A stretch of 64,000 nt of DNA from Adineta vaga (GCA_021613535.1 CP075494.1:992001-1056000), one strand, 5' to 3'; counted from the stretch's first letter, positions 23,407 to 36,860 are shown. The notes: generated by a model not told the origin, from the letters alone. Numbers and translations: made by a program.

Positions 23407-25935
23407 TTAAAATTGTTTACGAACATCTTCGAGTAATTTATTGAGTTTGGTCATATCATTACCAAGAAGATTGAGTAGATATTTACGTGCTTTTTGTACA
23501 ATACCATACCACATTGATGAAAGAGAAGCAAAACGTGTTTCAAGTATTGCAATAATGATAGAAGAAAGAAGTATTTCTTTATTTGCCATGTGTGTAAATG
23601 TCGTTAATGGTTTTTTAGTTAGTTTTTCAATATTATTTTCATCTATTTGCCAAGAACCATCAAATTTCTGTTTATTAATTAAATAACGAACGATATCTTC
23701 GTCATTCGTGACCGATAGATCAGTTGTCTGAGTTGAAAAATTATTATTATTGCGAGACTGGAAAGTATCGTCTTCATCATCATCTTCATCATCGTCTGGT
23801 AATGGCACACTCATTTCAGACTAAAAACAAACACTTAAAATTTAAATAAAATTTGAAAAAGTTATATAATACCTCTAGAAGAGATTGATGATAACGTCTA
23901 CTATATGACATGGAGTAATCACAGAAATCTTCATCACAATCGTCTGAACAATCACTATCTATCATGGCAGACGCTGTCGAATATGAACTAGAATAGGTTT
24001 GATGATGACTATGTAAATGTTGATCATCGGCTGATATTTGTATTGGTACTTCACGTAACACCATATCACTATTATTTCCATTCAATCGTTTTTCAACACC
24101 AATAAATGCTGTATGTGGACTAAGAATATGATATTTTAATGATAATTCAATTATTCGTTTCTTTATTATTTCTTTTGCGCTTTCATCATCATTGTTAACA
24201 GCTTTTTGATGTTCTTGAAAACGAGTTTGTAATGAGCCTGGACTCATCTTTTGTGTTGATGATGGTAGTTTTTCATGTTGTAATTCAACAATAAGTGCTT
24301 TAGCAGCTAATCGACCAATTGTTTCATTATTATTACTAACATTTGGTATTATATTCACTTTTGCTTCACCTAATCGATGTTGTCCACATGTTAATTCGAC
24401 TCGCAAATTATGATAAAATCGAATGGATGAATTCTTAGCCAATGCATAAACAATCAAACGATCATTTACATAAACAGGTGGTATTTTACTTGGAACACTT
24501 GTGATCATATCTAAGTTCCATTTGATTTCTACATTAGTTATACATGATTGTAAAGCTTTTTGTAATTGTTCACCAACATGAATATCAACACTTGTATGAG
24601 GAGGAATAAAAACAAATCGACCATTTGTTGATCGAGCTAAACCTTTTACAAGTGATCGACTCGGAGATGAACCTAATCCAAATGAAAATATCCGAGTTGT
24701 TGTTGCCATTGTTCGACAAAGATCAATCACTTCATTTACATTCGAAACTTCACCATCAGTCAAAAGAAAGATTTGACGAGCACGTCCTTCAATTACTGGA
24801 TTTTTCTCAAGCCATTGTAATGTAGATAACTATGAATAGAATAATAATTAACAAACATTATTCTAAAGACAAATCGTAACAACACACTCACTAATTCAGT
24901 ACCACCTAAATCTGCTCTCATTGTCTTTGTAAGGTGTTCAGCTTTTTGTGAATTTATTTCATTGTATACAACAGTCATTTCTGGAAATAAACTTTGGTGA
25001 TTACTACCAAATCGAATTATGTTGAAATAACAATTCACAGGCAAACTCTTAAGAAAAAGTAACATTGCTTGCCGAGCTAATCCAATCTTATTTTCTTCAT
25101 CCATTGAACCACTACAATCAACAATAAAAATAAATTCGTTTGTCACTTCTTTATTATTCGTAACTTGTTGACAATCTTCTTCATTTGGTGTAAATGAAAC
25201 CATCATTGCGCCATTTTCAACAGTTAAGATTGTATTCGAACGATGCTCAATCAATTGCATATCCAAAAGAATATCACGATCCAAACAAGTCTTTTCTTGT
25301 GCAAATGTAATAACATAATAATCTTGTTTATTTAAATCCATTTGAACTGGATGTGATGAAGAACTAATACTAGCAATATTATATTTCTCTACTTGACAAT
25401 GAAAACTAATTGTATATGGAACAGATTGAACATATTTTGATGTTGTACCAGCTGGTGAACTCAAACTACCTTTATCAGGATTATAACGAGGTGCAATAGT
25501 TGTTGGTACAACAAATCGAATCTTTTCACCATTTTCAACAAGATTTAATTCAGTTACATAACATATTTCAATTTGACATTCTTTTCCAGATGGAAGTGCA
25601 CCAACATTAATAATAAAATTATCTTGTGATTTTTCATCTTGTTCTAATAAATAAGCACCATGACCTGATTGAAGAGCTTCACTATATTCCTTTTGTGCTA
25701 TTTTCTTTTCTTTTAATTCAGCAATAATCTCTCGATCGTCAATTCGTGCAATAAAACTATAGATTGCTGCTTGTTCTTCAATTGGGAAACAATATACAGC
25801 TTCAATTGATGTTGATTCTTCATTGCGAAAGAGTTGTGTAATACTCACATCGGCAGCAAAAGATCGAATAGTTGCTGCAATATTCACTCGTTTAAGAGGA
25901 ACATATTGTTTTGAATTTTGTTTGTTTCGAAGCAT
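23407..25935 (-). CDS. VIT + von Willebrand factor A domain protein (VWA5A-like), 3 exons
   Basis: VIT (IEAVYCFP), MIDAS DCSGSM, LGGTEL|LSTL, LTDGEV, C-terminal QKFDGSW; intron 24830-24891 checked by hand. Confidence 0.85.
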
Positions 25936-26513
25936 GTAGTAAAAAAAAGTATATCTATCTCGATTTTTGTGAAACAAATCTTTAGCTTATATACTTGTCG
26001 TGACGTGACGTGAAGAGATAACAATAATAAAAACAAGATTGTGCAATAATACACGAGGAAGACATATTTTAATGAGTCATATATTATAATACGTTTTTAT
26101 AATCTTGTCATACAGCGATATCTATTTCTCTCAAATACATCTTCACTTGTAATATTTTCATTCATTGTGAAATAAAGATTGATTATTGGTATAGCTGATA
26201 CTTAATGAATAAAAATTAAATAAATTAAATACTTTAGATGAAACATTTTTCATGTAGAATCCAAGAACAAAAAAAATGAAGAAAATATTTAAAAACTAAC
26301 ATGAATTGTTTTGATTTTTCTAGATAACAATATATTGTTTAATAAAACATTAAATAATGTAGTTAATAATTACTTTTCTTTCTCTTCATTGCAAGAACCA
26401 ATATTACATGTTTATTCTTTTGTTATTCTAATCTGTTACATGAAATAAAGCTTATTATCCACGATTCTTCTTTTCAAAGTTTTCTTAAGTATAATTCTTT
26501 ATTTATAATAAGA

Positions 26514-27308
26514 TTAAAATCGATGAAAAAATGCAAAAATGATTGTAATTATCATCAGAAAAACAGATATTTGAAATCTTGAACCATTTAATCTTCCATC
26601 TGGTGTTTGTGTAACATTGTATTTGAATAAAATATCTTTAACAATGTTTAATATTGATTTTGTATTACATAAATTTCGAGTACATGTTAAATCAAATGTT
26701 GCCGTTGTTGGATTTTGATGCATTCGAATAGATGGTTGAAGTTCAGATGAAGTAGTTTGACATGATTGTGTTATTTTATTCTTTATTATTTGATTTTGCA
26801 AAAAACATGAAGCACATAATTCTTCTTTTTCTTTTGAATTATAACATTTTAATGGACGATTTTGTGTTGATAATGATGGACCGATGATATATGGTGATAA
26901 TTCATTGATAATTTTAGAAAAATCATATTGTCGTTGTGATAATTCTATTGAAATTTTAATTGCTAAATCTTTTGCACAATCATCTTTATCTTTACATTCA
27001 ATATCCACATAGTGTGATAAAGAAGCTGTTGATTCACTTATTTGTAATAAACCACGACGTTGATTATTTGAATTATAAACTGTACTTGATGAATCACTTG
27101 ACAAAGAAAAAAAATATTCTCCTGTATGAAAATAAAAAGTCAGCATAGCTCCACATTTTCCAGATGATACAATTTGATTACATCTTTCAGGATAAAGAAA
27201 TGGTGTTGAACTGTTATAGATATATAAACAATTCGTTGTACATCGTAATGCTTGACACGAGAACAATGAAAGAAGAAGAAGAAGAATATATGTTTGACAA
27301 AGTGACAT
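26514..27308 (-). CDS. Secreted/GPI-anchored Cys-rich protein (Ly6/three-finger-like ends)
   Basis: Signal peptide then LRC; CKDKDDC and CTRNLCN motifs; hydrophobic C-terminus. Confidence 0.65.
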   Translation of the reverse strand: MSLCQTYILLLLLSLFSCQALRCTTNCLYIYNSSTPFLYPERCNQIVSSGKCGAMLTFYFHTGEYFFSLSSDSSSTVYNSNNQRRGLLQISESTASLSHYVDIECKDKDDCAKDLAIKISIELSQRQYDFSKIINELSPYIIGPSLSTQNRPLKCYNSKEKEELCASCFLQNQIIKNKITQSCQTTSSELQPSIRMHQNPTTATFDLTCTRNLCNTKSILNIVKDILFKYNVTQTPDGRLNGSRFQISVFLMIITIIFAFFHRF

Positions 27309-27612
27309 AGTATACTGAAAGAAAACGAGAATAATGAAATCGTGTTTTTGAGTGTTTGAGATATTTTTTTCTTTCTCTCTTAAATACTGATATCAATATT
27401 TTATGTTTCTGATAAAGTAACTATGACATTACAATGTTTTTTAATTTTATCATATCGTCAACAAATAACACAGAAAAAATAATTTCTCTCATGTTGAAAC
27501 ATGATACGATAAAATTTGATTTTTAATTTAAATTAAATTAAATAAGAATTGTTCAGTGTATTTCTCTCAATAATATCTCATAAGATCACATATCACTTGA
27601 GTTGTGACACAT

Positions 27613-27676
27613 CCATCTTGAGGATGCGAGTGTCGGTACTACATCTATCTAACACTCACACCCACCCTCAAGATGG
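27613..27676. repeat. Telomeric-junction palindrome
   Basis: CCATCTTGAGGATG.. / ..CACCCTCAAGATGG. Confidence 0.9.
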
Positions 27677-28066
27677 TTTTATATCAATGATGAAGTGTTC
27701 AAAAATCTTTTACAAGAAAGAATTTTGTCTAATATGACTGAGAGTTTAAGTCCTAAAAAAGAAGCAATTAATAAAAAAACAAAATTTTTTCAAAGAAAAC
27801 AATGTTTTCAATGAGCTATAGACAGCATAACTTAATTTATCTAATAGATATAAACATTCACTTATTTTATATTTATTTTGAGAATTTTAAAAGGCATGTT
27901 TCCAGGAAAAAATAGATTTTGAAATCATAACAATATGCCTTTTTATCCGTTTTATCTGATATAATAGAAAATTCTGAATCCTGTCAAGCGTTTAATTATA
28001 AAATGTGCTCATAAAAAAACGACATACTTTCATTTTATATATCCATTTTATTTAATTCTTTTTACA

Positions 28067-29017
28067 ATGAATACAAGTAGCACATCATCATTATCAATTG
28101 AAAATCCAAAACCTGTTCTGTATCAAATTAAATTCACTATTTTGATTACTTTACAAATACCAGCTATTTTACTTACAATCTGTATTTTCTTATTCTTTGT
28201 TTTACATCGTAACAAATTAAAAACACCTCAAAATCAATCATTGTTAATCTTACTTATTACTAATTCTATAAGATTATTGGTTACAGTACCAATGCCTATT
28301 GATTTTTATCGTCGTGGATATATTTTTCCAGCAACATCTGCTTATTGTACAAGTTGGACATTTGGTGAATATTCATTAGCTGTGATAGGTGAATATCTTA
28401 TGGCAACTATTTCTATGCAACGACATGCAATTATTTTTCATCCAAACATCTTTCAAATACGTATGAAATTTTTGATATTCTTTTATTTTCCTCTAATATT
28501 TTCTGTTGCATATCCAACCATATTTTACATATATGCTGTTATTTTATATCCATGTGATGGCACTGAATGGGATTATACAATAATTGCTTGTGGTTATATG
28601 AACTGTTATTATCAAAATAAAATACTCGCGATCTTCGATTGGATAGTACATAATATTTTACCGATTATAATTATCATTTTGGCTAATATTGCACTTATAA
28701 TAAGAGTTATTGCTGGCAAATGTCGCCGACATCAAATTGTTAGTTGGCGAAAACAAAAAGATATGACTTTGCAATTGTTGAGTATATCAAGTTTGTTTGT
28801 AATTGCATGGTCACCTACTATTATCGTTGGACTTATTCAACAAGCAACTTCGATTAATTTTGCAGATATTCAAGCAGCTTTCATAACGGATCTCATTTTT
28901 TTATCTTATCTTTTATTACCTTGGGTATGTCTTGGTCCATTACCAGAATTCAGAAAATGGATATGGAAATATTTGCATCCTAGACGAAGGAGACACACTA
29001 CTGTTGCTTCACAATAA
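28067..29017 (+). CDS. Intronless class-A-like 7TM GPCR
   Basis: 316 aa, seven hydrophobic segments, YC..W in TM3, SMQRH (DRY-like), LLPWVCL..LPE. Confidence 0.85.
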   Translation: MNTSSTSSLSIENPKPVLYQIKFTILITLQIPAILLTICIFLFFVLHRNKLKTPQNQSLLILLITNSIRLLVTVPMPIDFYRRGYIFPATSAYCTSWTFGEYSLAVIGEYLMATISMQRHAIIFHPNIFQIRMKFLIFFYFPLIFSVAYPTIFYIYAVILYPCDGTEWDYTIIACGYMNCYYQNKILAIFDWIVHNILPIIIIILANIALIIRVIAGKCRRHQIVSWRKQKDMTLQLLSISSLFVIAWSPTIIVGLIQQATSINFADIQAAFITDLIFLSYLLLPWVCLGPLPEFRKWIWKYLHPRRRRHTTVASQ

Positions 29018-29040
29018 AGACATAAGACAAAGACTATTAA

Positions 29041-30203
29041 TCCTTTGGGAATCGATTTAATTTTGAAAGAAATTAAACCTTTTATTTTTATTTTTACTGT
29101 CTAAAAGACGTTAAAAGAGTTTATATAGCTTTAAAAACGGTTTAAAGTGTCATATTTTTTAAAACATGCATCGACACATTCATATAAAATATCTCTACGC
29201 TTTTTAGTCCAAGTTCTGTTCTACTGCAGACAATACATGTTCGTCTTCAGATAGTTTGTTTGCTATTTGGTTCTATACGGGATGGAAAATGTCTTTCGGT
29301 AAGACAGAAAAGTGTTGATGACAATGATGGTCTTCCTCTACCTCCTTTTTTTCCGATTTCCAAACTTTTGAGCGATTTCACGTACAACTTCAAGGCGATA
29401 ATCCAAAATCTTGTTTTTTTCCAGTTCGAATCATGCCGTCATTATGGATAGTAGTCAGCATGTTTATCTCCCTCTTGCCATACCATCTGAGATATAAGAG
29501 ATTATCTGTAAATTGAGACACCTTTTTTCCTTCTTTCAATTTCTTGAGAATTTTCAACAAACCAATACGATTTGAGCGAACTGTTCCACAAGCTCCAGTT
29601 TTCATTTCATGACGATTGATCCTGATATTCCTAATGAAGGGAAATCTTTTATTTCAGTTGTACTTCCCGTATATATATAATGAAATCCAATATAAATAAT
29701 TTGACACCAAATCGATGACGTTTAGATGGTATGTATCGCTTGAATAGTAGTTTTTCTCTTAATAAATTAGGTTCTAATTTGACGAGTTGATCATCGAGAG
29801 TAGCGCATGTATTGTCGTTAAAATGCAAAAGAACATCAAAGTGATAAATATCTGTTCCATGTAAATAATCTATCAAAAATTGATGTTGAAATAAAATTAT
29901 CAGTGGACCAAAAATCTTTTATACGATTTTTCTTATGGTATAAGATATACATTTCTGGAATATTTGAATTGGTCCATGGAGCAGTTTTTGCTGCAACAGT
30001 AGAGCTGTTCTGTTCATCCGATGAGTTCGAAATATTTGCAGAACACATAGAGACGTCGTGTGTGGTTCTCCAGAATCATCAGTAGATTCAGCTTTTTGTA
30101 AAATTTCTGAAATCTCGTGATCTGACAAATTTTTATGGCATGCCATTTTTCAATGAAATCAAAAGTAAAATTTTATAAAGTTGATCCTTTCAGAAATACT
30201 TAA
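29041..30203 (-). mobile_element. Degenerate piggyBac transposon
   Basis: DFWSTD, FKRYIPSKRHRFGVKLF, ACGTVRSNR, LRWYGKREINMLTTIH, RLTERHFP..C..C fragments; TTAA-TCCTTT end at 29037; 5' side ends at a junction. Confidence 0.8.
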
Positions 30204-31784
30204 TTGAGGGTGGGTGTGGGTGTGATTGTAGTTGAGGGAGAGGATGCGTGCAAGTCAATGTCTCTATCCACCCACACCCTACTTCAAACATCAATGAAAC
30301 GATTCTGTTTTTTCAGTAAGAAGTTCACTATATAGTAACACGTTTTGATGTCGTCATCAATCAAACATGTTTTCTATTTATTTTAGGCGTAATTAAAGTG
30401 AATATTTAGATAGTTAATTTCTCTAGGAATGTGAAAGAGTGTATTTGTTGATCATCATTACAAAGATTATCTAAAAATATATTTCATCGTTCGTCTCGTA
30501 TTGGTAATTCGAATCAAACAATAAGAATATTTGAAAAAAAAGCTTTTTGTCGTAATAAAAACTTTCGTTCTATTTGAATAATTTTATAATTAGAGGGGGG
30601 GGGGCATTGATACAATGATAAAAAGAAAAGTTTTTCTTGTATTTTTATATATTTTAAATAGAAATATCTTTCGAAATAATCATACTAAAGAGAATTTTTG
30701 AGATTAAATGAATGTATTTTTAATCTAATTTAGCATCGATTCTTAGAGTTGCATCTGTTTTTGTTTTGTTCATATTCAACTATAGTTAAAAGTGATCAAT
30801 TATGTTTATCAACAAAATCTTGAGAGTGTAAATATGAGTATTGTATTACTTTTATATTCACACCTTTTACGACTGGATGCTTTTGGCAAAGACGTTTCAT
30901 CGTTCGCCTCTTAAGCGGGAGGTCGTGAGTTCGAGTCTCACCAGCAGTACTTTTATCTGCTGTAGCTCAGTCGGTAGAGCGCCTATACTTAGAATCCGTT
31001 TTGCGCTTTCATCCACTCAATTTTTTCTCTTCGAATTCGTATATAAAAATATTGAGATTGAATTTTCTGATATTTTCTAGTAAACATTTGTATACTATCA
31101 TTGACATGCGTGTGGGTGTACATGATAGTATAGAGCCCACACCCATCTACACCCTCCAGATTATTGCTGGATTCGAGTTAAAACCTATTGTTGTCTTATA
31201 TATACTAAGGTAAACAATTGATAAACTATGTATGTTTTAACTAGAATTTACTGTCAAGTTATTTGATACAAGTTCACTTTTCAAAATGAAATTTGATATC
31301 AGCATGAACTTAAACGTCAAGCAAGGAATAACGACAACTAAGAATCTATAACATTGTTTTTTCTTTGAGAAATTCATTAATTTTCCTTTACCATTTTTAT
31401 TATTTACTTAGATCAAATTTTTATTTCTAATCTGTATATATTTCAAATACGTAATTCAACAACCATCCTTCACTCTTTAATGTTCAAGTATACTTTAGAA
31501 TGTTTTCGATCTATTTTGCGCATGCATAACATTGTAAATATTTTATCCATTCATTTTAATCATTAAAAAACGGGTGTTGATATAAATGAGATGAATATTC
31601 ACATCCTATATTACACAGAAGTCAGTCATTTCTCCCTCCTATTCGTCACTTTATGTCTAGTTCGTCCTCATCAAAATTTATCGATCTTAGGTTTAGTTTT
31701 ATTGCTTTTGATTTGACATGCAAAAGCGCTGGTAGGTAAGGGTGGGTGTGGTTCCTATACTCTCACCCATACCCATCCTCAAGA
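30204..31784. repeat. Four telomeric-junction palindromes (30204-30287, 30817-30866 degenerate, 31101-31160, 31738-31784)
   Basis: G-rich arm, spacer and C-rich arm at each site. Confidence 0.75.
30902..30981 (+). tRNA. tRNA-like sequence in permuted order: 3' half (anticodon CTT) at 30902-30949, then 5' half at 30956-30981; probably non-functional
   Basis: TTCGC-CTCTTAA-GCGGG anticodon arm, GTGAG-TTCGAGT-CTCAC T arm, CAGCAG acceptor; then CTGCTG-TA-GCTC-AGTCGGTA-GAGC-G. Confidence 0.65.
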
Positions 31785-32093
31785 ACAGATTATTGTCTAT
31801 CATAAGTCATATGCAACGATCACGCGTTCGTACTTTTTCTGATATTTTGAATAAAATTACATTTTATATTCTACGCATAATTCGATCATGTTTTGAGTTA
31901 GAAAAAAACAAAAATAAATAATGTATCGAAATAATGACGAAGGATTTGATTTATTCAAGAATAACAAACGTCATTTTGTTTTTTTTTCTTTTTGAAATGA
32001 GTAAGTAAATTTTGTCATTCTGTATACTAAAAAAACGTCTTTTTTTCTCTTCTGTTTTAAAATGAAAACATTTTTGAAAAATAATACAGAAGA

Positions 32094-32849
32094 ATGTTTC
32101 TTTTTTCATCCTTGTTAATATTCGCATTAGTTGAATCAACTACGCCTTGTTCGTGCATATCGTTATCAATTGATGTGGACTTTGCACAAACATCCACTAT
32201 TTTTATTGGCCGTGTTCTTCATACAAATATAAAAGATTCAGATTCAATTTTTGGATATGCAGAAATGACAATGGATGTTCAAGAAGCGATTAAAGTTATT
32301 GGAGATGATCTTAAATGTGTTAAGAAATATCATCTTTTTTTTGTGATTTAGGGAACGAAAGCTGGAGATAAAATTCTCGTTCGTTCAGATTTAGAAAAAT
32401 TATTATGTGGTCGGGGATCGATTCCAGTTGGTTCCCAATGGCAAATATGGTTAAAAACGGGTAATAGTATACATTTGTGTTCAAGAACTACACATGATGC
32501 TTATAAAGATATTGATATACTGAGAAATTTAGCCTTAAGAGAACGAATATATGAGAATCAATCAGATAAACAAACTGTTTTGAATGAAACTAATCCAGAA
32601 AATATCCATGACGAAAATAGTGATGATGACTACGATTATTATGGCATACAAGAGAAAGAAGTGAAGGAGTCTGGCTCATCGGAACACCAAGAATTAAATC
32701 CGACTGAACAGATAAACATACTCACACACAATAATTATATGGATAGGTCACAACAGAACAACTACAACGTTAATATGGGATCAATACTTAAAATTGATTT
32801 TCTTTTTAAAATATTTTGGTTGATTTTATATTTTTTATCATCACTTTGA
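32094..32849 (+). CDS. TIMP/NTR-like secreted protein with hydrophobic tail (2 exons, intron 32295-32351)
   Basis: Signal peptide then CSC; IFIGRV, V.E.IKG, LCG, HLCSRT motifs; splice restores the frame. Confidence 0.7.
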
Positions 32850-33198
32850 AAAATGTCATCACTCGAAGATGTAGATATAAAAAATAATCTTATCAGATGA
32901 ATTGAAATAAGCAAAAGAACAATGTCAAAATATTTTCATATTCTTGTAATTGTGATATTGAAATAGATTCTTATTTCATTGCCAAATGTTGGAGCGATTT
33001 CACTCCAAGACCTAGTACGTTTAGTAGATCTCAGTGAACTATTTCTATGGTAAAAAAGGTTCGTACCTTTATTTTGTTTATCTGAGGAGAACGAGCGTTT
33101 TTACTGTCACTATTATAATGGCTGTTTTGCATCACTTTAGATATTATCTCAACTATTTTAAATCAAATAAAACTCAAACTTTTCTCGAAAATAACAAC

Positions 33199-33245
33199 CT
33201 TGAGGGTGTGGGTGTCCCTTATTCAATTTAATCCACACCCTCAAG
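33199..33245. repeat. Telomeric-junction palindrome (cleanest copy)
   Basis: CTTGAGGGTGTGG-GTGTCCCTTATTCAATTTAAT-CCACACCCTCAAG, 13-bp perfect inverted arms. Confidence 0.9.
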
Positions 33246-33499
33246 ATTTATAAATAAGTTATTAAGAAAATTCTTAAAAGATTGTCACATTTTAATAATG
33301 TAGATGTCGTCACTGTTTTCCTACATATTTTTTTTCTTGTTTTCTTCAAATGATTCATTTAGTATTTATCTTTTGTTTTTTTCAAGAACTGGGAGAAAAA
33401 AAAGGAGAAGTACACATTCATATGATAAATTGCACAATGTATAAGAAATTTTATGATGTAAAGATAAGTTTATAAAAAGATTTAGAAAACAAAAGAAGA

Positions 33500-35197
33500 A
33501 TGTCCAATAAAATCAAATCATCTTTTATTACATTACCTGTCGAATTAGTCTATCGAATATTGGATAATTTGGAACAATTAGATATTTTCTTATCACTTCA
33601 AAATGTTTGTACTCGTTTTAATGCCATTATAGATACTTATTCTCGATATAAGGTAAATTTTACTTTGACTTTTCTGAAATATGTTAGAAGATTATTTTAG
33701 ACATTCATTGAATTGAAATTGGTAGGACAATTAGGTAATCATAAAAGATTACAACTTCTTACTCATGTATTACAGAAAAATATGGTAAAAGAATTTTTTG
33801 TGATAATAATTAAAATATTCAATCATTATTTTTCAATAAAGACATTAACAAGACTCAATCTTGAAAGAAATAATTTTGGTATTATAGGAACTCAATATTT
33901 ATCTCAAGCATTATCGAATAACACGGTGAAAAACAAACATTTTCTTTTCATTATAATTATAAATGAATTATTCTATTTTAATATATAGAAACTTATGATA
34001 TTTGATCTTGGATGGAATTATATCGGTGATGAAGCAATCAAATATTTATCTTATGCATTGGAAAATAATACAGTAAGAGATTTTTTTTTCCATAATTATA
34101 AATTTAAGATAAATCTTTCATATAGACACTTACTACACTCAATCTAGAACAAAATTGTATCACTGCTGAAGGAGCACAATATTTAGGACGTGGATTACAA
34201 AATAATACGGTTAGATAACCTTTCTTCTCAAACAATAATAAATTTATCGTAATATTTTAATACAGACACTCGTCATACTTAATCTTGAAGGCAATAAAAT
34301 TGGAGCTGATGGAACACAATATTTGGCTCAAATGTTACAAACTAATTTAGTAAAATAAGTTTTATTTTATTCATGATAAATTTATTTTTATATTTCATTA
34401 AAGACTCTCACTAAGCTCAATCTAGAAAGAAACCAAATCTCTGATAAAGGAATACAATATCTTACATTAGCACTACAAGAAAATAGAGTAAAACAAATTT
34501 TCTCTTCAATAGAAATTCATCATTGTTTTAATAAAGACACTTAATATTCTTGATCTTGGATGGAATTCTATTAGTGACACAGGAGCGAATTATTTAGCTT
34601 ATGTTTTGCAAAATAATACAGTGAGATTAACTTTCTTCTTATCATAATTGTAAAATTACAATTAAATTTGAAAAAAATAGACAATTAAGACACTCAATCT
34701 TAATAATAATGAAATTAATGCTAAAGGAGCACAATATCTTGCCCAAGCCTTAGAAACTAATAAGGTAAGATATGTATTTCTTTGATCATTATTAATTCAT
34801 CTTTGTTTAAATAAAGACACTTACAACATTTGATCTTCGAGGAAATAAAATTGGTGATATAGGTGTACAATATCTATCTAATGGCTTACAAAATAATACA
34901 GTCAGACAAATAATTTTCTTATTGAATATAAATATAATCATTAGAATTCAATATAGACACTCATTATATTTGATCTACGATTGAACAATATCACTAAAGA
35001 AGTAGCACAATATTTTGCTTATGTACTTTCGAATAATAAAGTAAAATAAATTGAATTTCTATTGACTATCAATTCATCATTCTATTATAATATAGACACT
35101 CACTACTCTAGATCTTCGAAATAATGGCATCGACACCAAACAGGCATATTATTTATTCAATGATGTTAATTTTTTATCGAATAGAGTTTGGTGTTAA
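33500..35197 (+). CDS. F-box + RI-type LRR protein (NLRC3-like LRRs), one 84-bp LRR per exon
   Basis: F-box LPVELVYRILD..VC.R; about 11 exons of TLxxLxLxxNxIxxxGAQYLxxxLxxNT with GT-AG introns. Confidence 0.85.
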
Positions 35198-35528
35198 TAT
35201 AAGAAATTTTTTCTTTCCTGAATATAAAGTTATCTGATGAAGTTCGTGTAAAAGGTCTAAAATTGATAAAGTTAAGATTTTCTTCTACAACGAAAATTTG
35301 TCATTAAATTCAATAATTGATATACAGATCAGAGCTGCTCGCCAGGCCAGGCCGAAGTTGTTGGCCTGCCTAAAACAATTCATTTTTCTCGCAGCAATTT
35401 ACAAACCAAAAAACATCTAAAACCAGAATACTCATCTATTCTAGACGATTTTAAAGACGATGGAAATACATATGATGATGAATGGGACGATGATTGCGAT
35501 AATGATACTCGAAGTACTGAGTATTTAT

Positions 35529-36102
35529 TAGGGATGCAACGGTGACGGTGACCGTTCACCGGTCCACCGGGATGAACGGTGCTCCGGTCTACGGAGACCA
35601 CCGCTAGACCAGTGAACGGTTAACGGTGGACCATTGAGAACGGTGAATTGGAAAGAGATGAGTCCTCATCAAAATTTATAATTATTTGACTGACTGATGC
35701 GTTCTAGCTTTTCGTTAATTCATATTTACATTTTAATGCCTTCAGACATAATTAAATCCAAGTATTCACTAATTTATATAAAAAATAGGTTTATTTTCTC
35801 AATATAAAGCCGCAAAAATATTTCGCAAATGTGCATGTGAAGGATTTTAAAACATTACTTGGTTAGTTACAAGATAACATAAGTGAATCAATAAACCGGT
35901 GAGCTGGTGAATCGGTGAGATCAGTGGTGGCGGCGATACCAGTGACCCATGAACGGTGAACGGTTGCACCGCTCAGACTGGTAGACCGGTGAACCGGTGA
36001 CCGATTGAACAATCTACCGGTGGTAACGGTTGATCGGTAAGGATTAATGACGGTGAATCGGTGACGGTCATACCGGTGGCCACCGTCACTGTTGCATGCC
36101 TA
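35529..36102. mobile_element. hAT-like MITE
   Basis: TIRs TAGGGATGCAACGGTGACGGTG / CACCGTCACTGTTGCATGCCTA; ACCGGT/CGGTGA subterminal repeats; no TSD seen. Confidence 0.75.
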
Positions 36103-36531
36103 ATTGAGAATTCAGTGATAAAATAGAATTAGATATAAATTTCATCTATCGATCAGTTCATAATTTGTAAATTGGTCAGATATTTTTACAACATACTCGC
36201 GCATGTATTTATCAAGTATTCCATTATAAATCAATTAGGTTTATAAACTGAGAAAACCAGGATGTGGGTGTTCATTTTTCACCCACGCCCACACCCTTTT
36301 TTGTTAATTAGTATCGATAGAATCTCGATATAGAATTAACAGATGTGTATCTAATGAAAAAATAAACAAACAAATAATTTCTTTCTTAATTTAGAAATCT
36401 TTTATTGAAAACCTTTTAAAATCAAACACTTTTATGATTAATAGATAAAAGGGTAAGTACAAATTAGGAACATTCATCAATCTTTTATATTCCGCTTGTC
36501 AAGATTAACCAATGCCTGTTACTTGAACAGC

Positions 36532-36765
36532 TCAACAATCTCTTGTACGATTCGTTGCTATTACTTGAGGCCCAATAACATTTCTATTTCGTCGAAACAT
36601 TAAAATAATCTTTCGAATTTTTATTCGAAATTCCGTTAATAAAACGATTGATATAAAAGGAATTAATAATATAATAAAAGAAATAGTATATATTCCAATT
36701 TCGAAGAAATCAGCACCCACTTCATATGATAAACCAGCTGTATAAGCCGTATATAAGACCATTGC
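36532..36765 (-). pseudogene. Orphan terminal exon of a GPCR (TM6 end, TM7, tail)
   Basis: YTISFIILLIPFISIVLLTEFR matches TM7 of neighbouring GPCRs; upstream TTTTCCAG acceptor whose intron is cut off by the 36806 junction. Confidence 0.7.
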
Positions 36766-36860
36766 TGGAAAAGCAAGAACAAAATAAAGAAAAGATATTG
36801 ATAATAGGGTGTGTGGGTGGGTGTAGGTGTGGGCGGATGTGTCTCCTCTTTACCCACACC

